From contig DDZT01000018.1 in assembly GCA_002346435.1 (NCBI GenBank), positions 61,853 to 114,101 of the forward strand: a stretch of 52,249 bases of DNA, given 5' to 3'. Numbering within the stretch: position 1 is the first letter of the stretch; each line of letters opens with the position of its first letter. Below are positions 28,301 through 35,412 of the stretch, in pieces. The position numbers were made by a program, and so were the translations under genes. The DNA comes from Anaerolineales bacterium UBA3001. GTDB lineage: Bacteria; Chloroflexota; Anaerolineae; Anaerolineales; UBA11657. Under the pieces are notes generated by a model. That model was not told the DNA's origin, did no database searches, and was given only the letters and a program-made list of their open reading frames with translations.

Positions 28301-29508
28301 TGGCATTTGAAGGTGCAGAAATAGAGGCGCGTGAACATGGAAAATCAGTCGATTTGGCGCAGGTTACTAAAACCATGTTTGAAATGTCAGGTGTGGCAGC
28401 AAACTTTAGTCGTTCAGAGTTAGATGAATTGTCATTCGACAATATCAAAGATGCGGTTCATACTCGTATTCAAGATAGGATTGGGACAGACCTATTGACA
28501 AAGTTTCAGCGTAGATTAGAAAAACGTACTGGTTTGGATATGGAGATACAGGTACCAGTCTGGAATGAACTAAATTGGGAAGACTGGAATGATGAAGTTC
28601 TTGAGATTGTGTCGGAATCTCAAAATGCTGTCATAGACAATCACATAAGCGAAATTACGTTGGTGCTAGACAAACAATTGTCAAAGCCAGAAGAACTATC
28701 GCGCAGCGACATGGGGCGTTTGATACTGGATATGGCCTATAGTAAAGATGTTGTTTTTCATGAAAAGAGTCGACAACGTTTGGTGCGGATGGAGCAGCGA
28801 TTTCCTTATGTATATCATGCAGCAGAATTACTTGAAGGAGAATCGGAGAAAAGTGTGATTGAGCAGGTGTTACGACATCTTCAGGCAGCGACAGAACAAC
28901 TTAAGACTGGTTGGGGTGAGTTGGAGATACAACGATTACAGTCTGAGAAATTATCAGATCTGAATGAAAATGCAGCGTTGTTGGTCCAAGAAGAACTCGG
29001 AGAAGAGAATTTTAATTCTGTAGAATCCAGTGATTTGAGCTCTCTTTCTGGAGGCTTGAAAGATCTAGTAAGTTCGGCTCTTGGGCGTGGTGTAATGGTC
29101 GGACTGTATCGTCAGATATTGCTTTCAATTAGTGGTCAATTATGGGTTGATTATCTTACATCTATGGAAGCACTTAGGACGTCAGTTGGGTTAGAAGCTT
29201 ATGCGCAACGTGACCCTTTGACTGCATACAAGAGCCGAGCTTTTGATTTGTTCAGACAGCTGCTTGTTGATATGAGATCCTCGTTGGTATCACGTATGTT
29301 CACATCCACTCCTATAGAACTCACTGGCGTAAATACCCAATCTATTGCAGAAGATTCCAAAGCAGATACTAATAAAGTATTGCGTCGTAACGATCCCTGT
29401 TGGTGTGGTAGTGGTAAGAAATTCAAGAATTGTCACATGAACAAATCTAATACGAGCGGTAACAAACCTCAACAACGTGCAAAGCCATCAATTGCTGATA
29501 TCAAGTAG
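25309..29508 (+). CDS. secA: preprotein translocase ATPase SecA (unusually long, 1399 aa)
   Basis: Walker A: [16 protein letters not shown]. DEAD-like motif: [21 protein letters not shown]. Also present are [53 protein letters not shown] and the C-terminal zinc finger [13 protein letters not shown]. Large extra segments interrupt NBD2 and the helical wing/scaffold region. Confidence 0.95.
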   Translation: [1399 protein letters not shown]

Positions 29509-29526
29509 CAATACTAGGTTTGGATT

Positions 29527-30339
29527 TCAGATAGTTTTGGGACTAGGTTGGCATTTTGGGCAATAGTAAGTTCCTCTTTGTGATACAGTTGTGCGAACAA
29601 TTGTAGAGTCACACATTTGACATGCCTTGCCATGTTGACCATATACACTAAAGTGGTACTGGTGGCTTCCACCTTTATATACCCAATCAATGCTAGAACC
29701 ACCATGACGTATTCCATCACGAAGGACTTTTCGTATGTTTCGCCATAGATTGTGCGAGTCAGTTGTGGATATCATATTACTCAGTGTAGTGGGGTGTAAT
29801 CTTGATAGATGAAGAGCTTCGTCAGTATAGATGTTTCCCATGCCGGCGAGGAAATGTTGGTCTAATAGAAGGGGCTTTAACATTCGTTTGTGTTTACTTA
29901 ACATTTGACAAAAAACTGAGCGAGTAAACTGTTTGGAAAGTGGTTCTGGTCCAAGCTTTGAGGTAATTGTTTCGGCTGATTGAACTAGATATACTCGTCC
30001 GAATTTGCGTACATCTGTAAAACGCAATTCTTGCCGGTTGTCAAAAGTTAGTGTTGTGTGGGCGTACTTATCTATTGCTTTTTCGGGTGCAGCGACATAT
30101 AGGTCACCACTCATTCTAAGATGTATTATCAATACATCAGTGCTAAGTTGGAAGACTAGAAATTTACCACGCCTCTCCAAATCAGTGATTTCCTGCCCAC
30201 AAATTCTTTGTCTGAATTCAACTGGATTTGGAGTATGTATGTGACGCGGCCATCCGATATGTACTTCTTGTATTGTACGGCCTGTACAGGGTGCCTGTAA
30301 TTGCCGTACTCGAGTTTCTACCTCTGGAAGTTCGGGCAT
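29527..30339 (-). CDS. mutM: formamidopyrimidine-DNA glycosylase
   Basis: 270 aa with the MPELPEVE N-terminus, an H2TH region, and the C-terminal zinc finger CQMC...YYCPKCQ. Confidence 0.93.
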   Translation of the reverse strand: MPELPEVETRVRQLQAPCTGRTIQEVHIGWPRHIHTPNPVEFRQRICGQEITDLERRGKFLVFQLSTDVLIIHLRMSGDLYVAAPEKAIDKYAHTTLTFDNRQELRFTDVRKFGRVYLVQSAETITSKLGPEPLSKQFTRSVFCQMLSKHKRMLKPLLLDQHFLAGMGNIYTDEALHLSRLHPTTLSNMISTTDSHNLWRNIRKVLRDGIRHGGSSIDWVYKGGSHQYHFSVYGQHGKACQMCDSTIVRTTVSQRGTYYCPKCQPSPKTI

Positions 30340-30387
30340 TATAAAGTTCGAAGCTTATTTTCTGAAAATACGGTTTACTAAATAGAG

Positions 30388-30460
30388 CTCCTCGGACAGG
30401 ACTTGAACCTGTAACCAATCGGTTAACAGCCGATCGCTCTGCCAATTGAGCTACCGAGGA
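30388..30460 (-). tRNA. tRNA-Asn (anticodon GTT)
   Basis: The minus strand folds as a 73-nt cloverleaf. The acceptor stem is TCCTCGG/CCGAGGA. The D arm is GCTC-AATTGGCA-GAGC. The anticodon arm is ATCGG-CTGTTAA-CCGAT. The T arm is ACAGG-TTCAAGT-CCTGT. No CCA is encoded. Confidence 0.93.
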
Positions 30461-30470
30461 ATGCTTGGCG

Positions 30471-30500
30471 ATTATAGCTGGCGTATTAGCGCAATGTCAA
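30471..30500 (-). promoter_or_regulatory. consensus sigma70 promoter for tRNA-Asn (TTGACA-18 nt-TATAAT)
   Basis: The minus strand reads TTGACAttgcgctaatacgccagcTATAAT, ending 10 nt before the mature tRNA 5' end. Confidence 0.55.
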
Positions 30501-30642
30501 GGCTTAATTAGGTAGTTGTGATTTGAATCAATTGGTTTACAAGTTAGTTTAATTGTGTCTGCAACTATATGCTAACATCTATTAAATGTAATCACTACTC
30601 AATTGACATACTGGAATAAGCGTATTCTTGACTTAATAATTT

Positions 30643-31695
30643 TTATAATGAGTCGTCTTCAATCCAGATAGAAGCATCTGAAGGCAGCTCCAATTTTATT
30701 TTTGTGCCTACTTTTGGTATGAGCGATGGAGTTGGTACTTCAAATTTAAGCTGTAATTCATTTGAGACTATTATCTTCAAATCTACTAGTGCACCTCGAA
30801 ATGATATACCAGCTAATATACCTGACAATGTGCCATGTTCAGACAATTGTGCTCCTCGTGGTCGAACAAGTATCCGCGGATTTTTCATATGTTTAGGTGG
30901 TGGTTGAGACACCGGTATCAAGCTTTTTTCCGAAATTCTCACTCCGTTGCTCTTATCAACAGATACTATAGACTTTTCTAAAATATTAGTTAGTCCAAGG
31001 AAACGCGCTACAAATGTAGACACTGGATGTTCATAAATATCCCTAGGACGACCTATTTGTATTAGTTGCCCGGCATTCATTATCGCTACACGATCGGCTA
31101 TTGCAAAAGCTTCATCTTGGTCATGAGTGACATATATAACAGTTTGTTCAAGCTTAGTAAGTATTTGACGTAATTCATGCAACAGTTGCTCGCGCAAATT
31201 GCGGTCAAGTGAACCTAGTGGTTCATCTAGCATTAGTAATCTTGGCTTTGGTGCAATTGTACGTGCAAGTGCTACTCGTTGTTGTTCTCCACCAGAAAGA
31301 CTTAGTACATCTCTATTAGCTAAGTCTTTCATTCCAACCATATTCAGAATTGCAGACACTTGTTTATCAATTGCTGCTGGATCCAGACGTAGCTGTTTTA
31401 ATCCGAATGCTACATTACCATATACATTTCGGTGGGGAAATAGGGCATTATCTTGGAACATCAGACCGAAATTACGTAGATGTGGTGGTACGCTTGTTAG
31501 TGAGATACCATTCCATCGTATCATACCCGTGTCAGGTATCGTCAGACCGGCCACTATACTCAGTAGTGTAGATTTACCACAGCCACTTGGTCCTAATATT
31601 GAAATAATCTCCCCTTTTGCTACCGAGAATGATATTTGGTTCAAAGCTTCCATACTCTCGTAAGATTTTGAGATATCAATTATTTCTAGCATCAA
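30643..31695 (-). CDS. thiQ: ABC transporter ATP-binding protein (thiamine/iron(III)-type importer, ThiQ/FbpC-like)
   Basis: 350 aa with Walker A GPSGCGKST, the signature LSGGEQQRVALAR, Walker B LLMLDEP and a C-terminal TOBE-like domain. It is the last gene of the riboswitch-controlled operon. Confidence 0.88.
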   Translation of the reverse strand: MMLEIIDISKSYESMEALNQISFSVAKGEIISILGPSGCGKSTLLSIVAGLTIPDTGMIRWNGISLTSVPPHLRNFGLMFQDNALFPHRNVYGNVAFGLKQLRLDPAAIDKQVSAILNMVGMKDLANRDVLSLSGGEQQRVALARTIAPKPRLLMLDEPLGSLDRNLREQLLHELRQILTKLEQTVIYVTHDQDEAFAIADRVAIMNAGQLIQIGRPRDIYEHPVSTFVARFLGLTNILEKSIVSVDKSNGVRISEKSLIPVSQPPPKHMKNPRILVRPRGAQLSEHGTLSGILAGISFRGALVDLKIIVSNELQLKFEVPTPSLIPKVGTKIKLELPSDASIWIEDDSL

Positions 31696-31708
31696 CTACA
31701 CCTTATGA

Positions 31709-33460
31709 TTAGAATTCTGATATTGCGTTTGGCCGAATTGCTTCTATACAAAATATGCTTGTTCCACAAAAGATCATTAGAATTGTGCTTAAGGCCATAG
31801 CTTGACCATAATTTAGAGCGCCGGGTAGCGAAAGGTAGCGATATATCGCCATCGGTACTGTAGTAAATTCAGGACGTGATAGAAGTATCGTTGCTCCAAA
31901 TTCGCCTATTGAAATTGTAAATGCAAAAGCTCCAGCTACTAGTATGGCACGACCAATGATTGGCAGGTCTATTTCGCGCCAAATCTGTATTGGGTTGGCA
32001 CCTAGCATAGCAGCGGCTTTTCGTAGTTGCGGATTGATGATTGTCCATGATGGAAGCAGGCTACGTATTACAAAAGGAAAAGCTACTAGCGTGTGAGCTA
32101 ATGGTACCAGTAATGAAGATGTACGCATATTAAATGGGGTGCGACTAAATACTAGTAATAATCCGAGTCCTAAAGTTACTGCCGATGTTCCTAATGGAAG
32201 CATTAGTATAGGTTCTAACAACTGTGTTAGTCTAGTTTTGCGCGTTAGCATCCATGTTGCAGGCAGTCCTATTGCCAGAGCACTTAGCGTGGTAATCACT
32301 GCATTTCTAAATGAAAATAAGATTGTTTCAATTGGAGTGACGAAGAAGATTGAATTTCTTCTGTTGACAAAAAGTTCATGATAATAGTTGAGTGTGAAAC
32401 CTGTACTTATATTTTCGCGTTCTCCGCGATCAGGTTCGAACTTGTATACAGAACTGAAAGCCAAAGTTATCAGAGGCACTACCAATACGATAATTAGTAT
32501 TGTAATCACGATAACAATAGATATGCGCTTTTTCCAATTAAGCTGTTGTCTTCTAATTGATGGCAAGCGATTAGTTTGCAAAGGTCGGTGTGTTTTTCGA
32601 GAAAGACGCGCGTACAATATAGTTAATCCTAATGTGCATATGAGTTGTATCACAGATAACAAGGCTGCCATCTCCAAGTCAAAGAAATTGATTGTTTGAC
32701 GATAAATTGCTACTTCGAGTGTTGAGAATATAGGCCCTCCTAGTATAAGTATTACACCAAAAGAAGTGAAATTAAATATGAATACCAAGAGAGCAGCTGA
32801 AACAATTGCTGGTGTTAGAAGTGGCAAAGTTATACCTAAAAACGCTCTAAATTGGGTAGCGCCGAGACATCGAGCAGCTTTAATCATTTTTGGGTCCATG
32901 AGAGTCCAGTAATCACCAACCAGTCGTAGTATGATAGTTGTGTTATAGAAGACATGTGCTATTAGTATTGCCCATAGGGTGTGATTAAGAATTATTGGTG
33001 CAGTTTCCAAGTCGAGCCAGGTTATTAGAGTTCTATTTATCCACCCATTTGGACCAAGTGTGGATGTGAAACTTGCAGCTACAACAACCGTGGGTAACAC
33101 AAAAGGGATTGCTGTGATAGCCCTAAGAATACTCTTGCCCCAGAAATTGTAGTGTGCTAATAGGTAGGCTCCTGGGAGTCCGATGGCTAGAGTGAGTATT
33201 GTGGAAAGTGTTGCTTGCCACATGGTAAACCACAGAGTCTTAGTAACATAGGGTTGTCTGACAAGTTCCAGGAGTTGCACGAGACTGCGTAGTCCCACGA
33301 GACTTTTGCTGAGAATTGTTGCCAGTGGATAGAAGTAAAATAGAGTTAGGAATGCTAAAGGTACTATCCATAACAGAGCATATTTAGGGTGAAGGTACTT
33401 ACTTGTTTTATTGTTCACATTGATTAATTCAACATTAGCGCACTCCAGGATTTGATCCAA
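31709..33460 (-). CDS. thiP: ABC transporter permease with two fused BPD_transp_1 domains (ThiP/FbpB-like)
   Basis: 583 aa and about 12 TM segments, with duplicated permease modules. The ATG at 33460 overlaps the upstream gene by 37 nt. A GTG at 33418 is an alternative start. Confidence 0.85.
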   Translation of the reverse strand: MDQILECANVELINVNNKTSKYLHPKYALLWIVPLAFLTLFYFYPLATILSKSLVGLRSLVQLLELVRQPYVTKTLWFTMWQATLSTILTLAIGLPGAYLLAHYNFWGKSILRAITAIPFVLPTVVVAASFTSTLGPNGWINRTLITWLDLETAPIILNHTLWAILIAHVFYNTTIILRLVGDYWTLMDPKMIKAARCLGATQFRAFLGITLPLLTPAIVSAALLVFIFNFTSFGVILILGGPIFSTLEVAIYRQTINFFDLEMAALLSVIQLICTLGLTILYARLSRKTHRPLQTNRLPSIRRQQLNWKKRISIVIVITILIIVLVVPLITLAFSSVYKFEPDRGERENISTGFTLNYYHELFVNRRNSIFFVTPIETILFSFRNAVITTLSALAIGLPATWMLTRKTRLTQLLEPILMLPLGTSAVTLGLGLLLVFSRTPFNMRTSSLLVPLAHTLVAFPFVIRSLLPSWTIINPQLRKAAAMLGANPIQIWREIDLPIIGRAILVAGAFAFTISIGEFGATILLSRPEFTTVPMAIYRYLSLPGALNYGQAMALSTILMIFCGTSIFCIEAIRPNAISEF

Positions 33461-34491
33461 TTCTCCCTGTGAGTGTCGATGTCTTCTGGAGATACTATAG
33501 ATGGATTATTGGCTAGTTGTGCATGTTCAATGAATTCCAATGGTAATTCAGCTTCAGTGTTTACAGGAAACATAAACATTTGCATTGGTATATCTTCTTG
33601 GAAAGGTTTGCTGATCATAAAATCAATCCAAGCTTCTGATAGCATACGATTCGAAGTACCATTCAATATTCCTACGAATTCTATTTGTCGAAAGCATGTT
33701 TCATCTGCTACTATGCTGCCAGTCGGTGCTTCTTCAATTGGTTCAGTCGCAAATATGACTTCAGCAGGAGGGCTTGAAGCGTAAGATACAACTAGAGGAT
33801 AATTGCCTTTTCCGCTGCTGCCACTAAATTCAGTGTAGTAAGCAGTTTCCCAGTTTTCCACTATTTTCACGCCATTGTTTTTTAGATCTAACCAATAATC
33901 CAGATATTGCTCTTGACCAAAATGGCCTATAGTTGCCAGAAGAAATGCCAAACCAGGTGAAGAAGCAGCTGGATTTTGTACCACTAGTAGATTGGCATAA
34001 TCAGGGTTTGTTAGACTTTGTAGAGAGTCGGGTATTTCTATGTCATTAGCATTGAAGTATGACTTATCATAGTTTAGACACACGTCCCCATAATTAATCG
34101 GAGTTACACGTTGTTGCGTGTCTAACAAGAATTCCTTTTCTAGATCATATGCATTTGGTGATTCATATTTTTCCAGAATATCGTTATCCAGTGCTCTAGT
34201 TAGTAAGGTGTTGTCAATACCATAGATAACATCCGCTAGTGGTTCACTCTTATTCAGTATTGCTAAATTCACAGTTGTACTTGCATCACCTGAATTCAAT
34301 ATATTTACTTTCACATTGTGCTGTTCCTGAAAACTAGATATTACTTCTTCAGATACTGCAAAAGAATCATGAGTCATTATTGTTAAAGTCAGACTATCTT
34401 GTGGTTCAGATGTTGCATTGTCACATGATGTCAGTGAGAGTATGCTTGTAAATGATGCTAATATAATAATTGTTTTTGATGCTATATTCAT
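33424..34491 (-). CDS. thiB: thiamine-type ABC transporter substrate-binding lipoprotein (ThiB/TbpA-like)
   Basis: 355 aa with the lipobox SLTSC and LTIMTHDSF... The family 1 SBP layout is typical of thiamine/Fe3+ binders. The assignment is supported by the TPP riboswitch and thiN context. Confidence 0.82.
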   Translation of the reverse strand: MNIASKTIIILASFTSILSLTSCDNATSEPQDSLTLTIMTHDSFAVSEEVISSFQEQHNVKVNILNSGDASTTVNLAILNKSEPLADVIYGIDNTLLTRALDNDILEKYESPNAYDLEKEFLLDTQQRVTPINYGDVCLNYDKSYFNANDIEIPDSLQSLTNPDYANLLVVQNPAASSPGLAFLLATIGHFGQEQYLDYWLDLKNNGVKIVENWETAYYTEFSGSSGKGNYPLVVSYASSPPAEVIFATEPIEEAPTGSIVADETCFRQIEFVGILNGTSNRMLSEAWIDFMISKPFQEDIPMQMFMFPVNTEAELPLEFIEHAQLANNPSIVSPEDIDTHRENWIKSWSALMLN

Positions 34492-35147
34492 TTGTTTCTC
34501 CCGATTACTGTACAGATTAATAATCCTTTTTTTATTTTAATTGTTGCTTGTCTTTTAACTAGCTTATTGCTAAGACTGAATGTTGATCCGAAAGTCAGTG
34601 TTTTATCATCTAGTTTGTATTCTAGACCAGAGGCAGTTGCTCCAACAACAGTGTTGCTTAATGGGATGAACGAGATTGTGTCCCCTGGTGTTCCATTGAT
34701 AGAGTATGTATGGCCAGCACGTATAAGACTTATCTCCTGATTATTATCTACTATACGAATGCGCGCCGATTCGAATCTATTATGCGCTAATAGCATTATG
34801 TTTCCCAAAGTATGATCCCATCGTCCTCCGAGTGCAGACAAAACAATCATTTCTTTCACACCTTTTTTTATAGCAAGGGTAATTGCAAGCTCTAAATCAG
34901 TTTCGTTTTTCCGGACCGGATATGTTAATACTTGGGTTCCAAGCGCGATCAATTCGTTGAGTTCGGGCTTTGAAATTGAATCTAAATCACCAATTATTAT
35001 TTGTGGAGTACAACCGGCGTCTAGACAATGTTTGCCCCCTCCATCTGCGGCTATGAGCAGATCTTTTGAGGAGATCATTGAAGTGAGATCTGTCCGGACA
35101 GACTGATTGCTATTAGCAATTATTATGGCTCGTTCAAATTCTGTCAT
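34488..35147 (-). CDS. thiN: thiamine pyrophosphokinase
   Basis: 219 aa with LLIAADGG, IIGDLDS, the KNETDLELA motif and LGGRWDHTLGNI. There is a 4-nt overlap with thiB. Confidence 0.88.
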   Translation of the reverse strand: MTEFERAIIIANSNQSVRTDLTSMISSKDLLIAADGGGKHCLDAGCTPQIIIGDLDSISKPELNELIALGTQVLTYPVRKNETDLELAITLAIKKGVKEMIVLSALGGRWDHTLGNIMLLAHNRFESARIRIVDNNQEISLIRAGHTYSINGTPGDTISFIPLSNTVVGATASGLEYKLDDKTLTFGSTFSLSNKLVKRQATIKIKKGLLICTVIGRNK

Positions 35148-35170
35148 ACAAAACTACCTTAAACAATAAT

Positions 35171-35199
35171 ACGCCTCCAAAGTTATGTTTGAGAGGCGT
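35171..35199 (-). terminator. riboswitch expression-platform hairpin / putative intrinsic terminator
   Basis: On the minus strand, ACGCCTC-tcaaacataactttg-GAGGCGT is followed by ATTATTGTTT. It lies between the TPP aptamer and the thiN ATG. Confidence 0.45.
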
Positions 35200-35204
35200 A
35201 TAAA

Positions 35205-35300
35205 AGCGATGCTTCCCTTCGCCGGCATTACCCGAATCAGGTTCTGTGGGTCGCAGGATACCATCTGCCTCTCAGCCTGATCAATCAGACTCCCCAAGTA
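35205..35300 (-). promoter_or_regulatory. TPP (THI-box) riboswitch aptamer
   Basis: The minus strand reads CTTGGGGAGTCTGATTGATCAGGCTGAGAGGCAGATGGTATCCTGCGACCCACAGAACCTGATTCGGGTAATGCCGGCGAAGGGAAGCATCG. It contains the conserved CUGAGA, ACCC..GAACCUGAU..GGUAAUGCC.GCGAAGGGA elements. Confidence 0.88.
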
Positions 35301-35318
35301 TTAGTTATTGTTTGCCGG

Positions 35319-35347
35319 AGTGTAACACCTGTGTATTGTAGTGTCAA
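35319..35347 (-). promoter_or_regulatory. sigma70-like promoter for the riboswitch/thiN operon (TTGACA-17 nt-TACACT)
   Basis: The minus strand reads TTGACActacaatacacaggtgtTACACT, about 20 nt upstream of the aptamer. Confidence 0.45.
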
Positions 35348-35351
35348 TCGG

Positions 35352-35380
35352 TTGCTCTACGTCAGCACGCCGCATATAAT
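35352..35380 (+). promoter_or_regulatory. sigma70-like promoter for polA (TTGCTC-17 nt-TATAAT)
   Basis: It lies back-to-back with the thiN promoter, 32 nt upstream of the polA ATG. Confidence 0.4.
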
Positions 35381-35412
35381 GCCAAATACAATATACTAAC
35401 AAATGGTTCTCT

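Noticed and set aside
30218-30445. A 75-aa minus-strand ORF (MAERSAVNRLVTGSSPVRGA...).
   Set aside because: It is a translation through the tRNA-Asn gene and the mutM upstream region. The tRNA cloverleaf fully explains the sequence conservation pattern.
31199-31663. A 154-aa plus-strand ORF antisense to the ABC ATPase. Similar antisense ORFs lie at 14046-14468, 18262-18684, 13716-14021 and 40653-41003.
   Set aside because: All lie wholly inside strongly supported genes on the opposite strand and have low-complexity products. None has an SD-like sequence.
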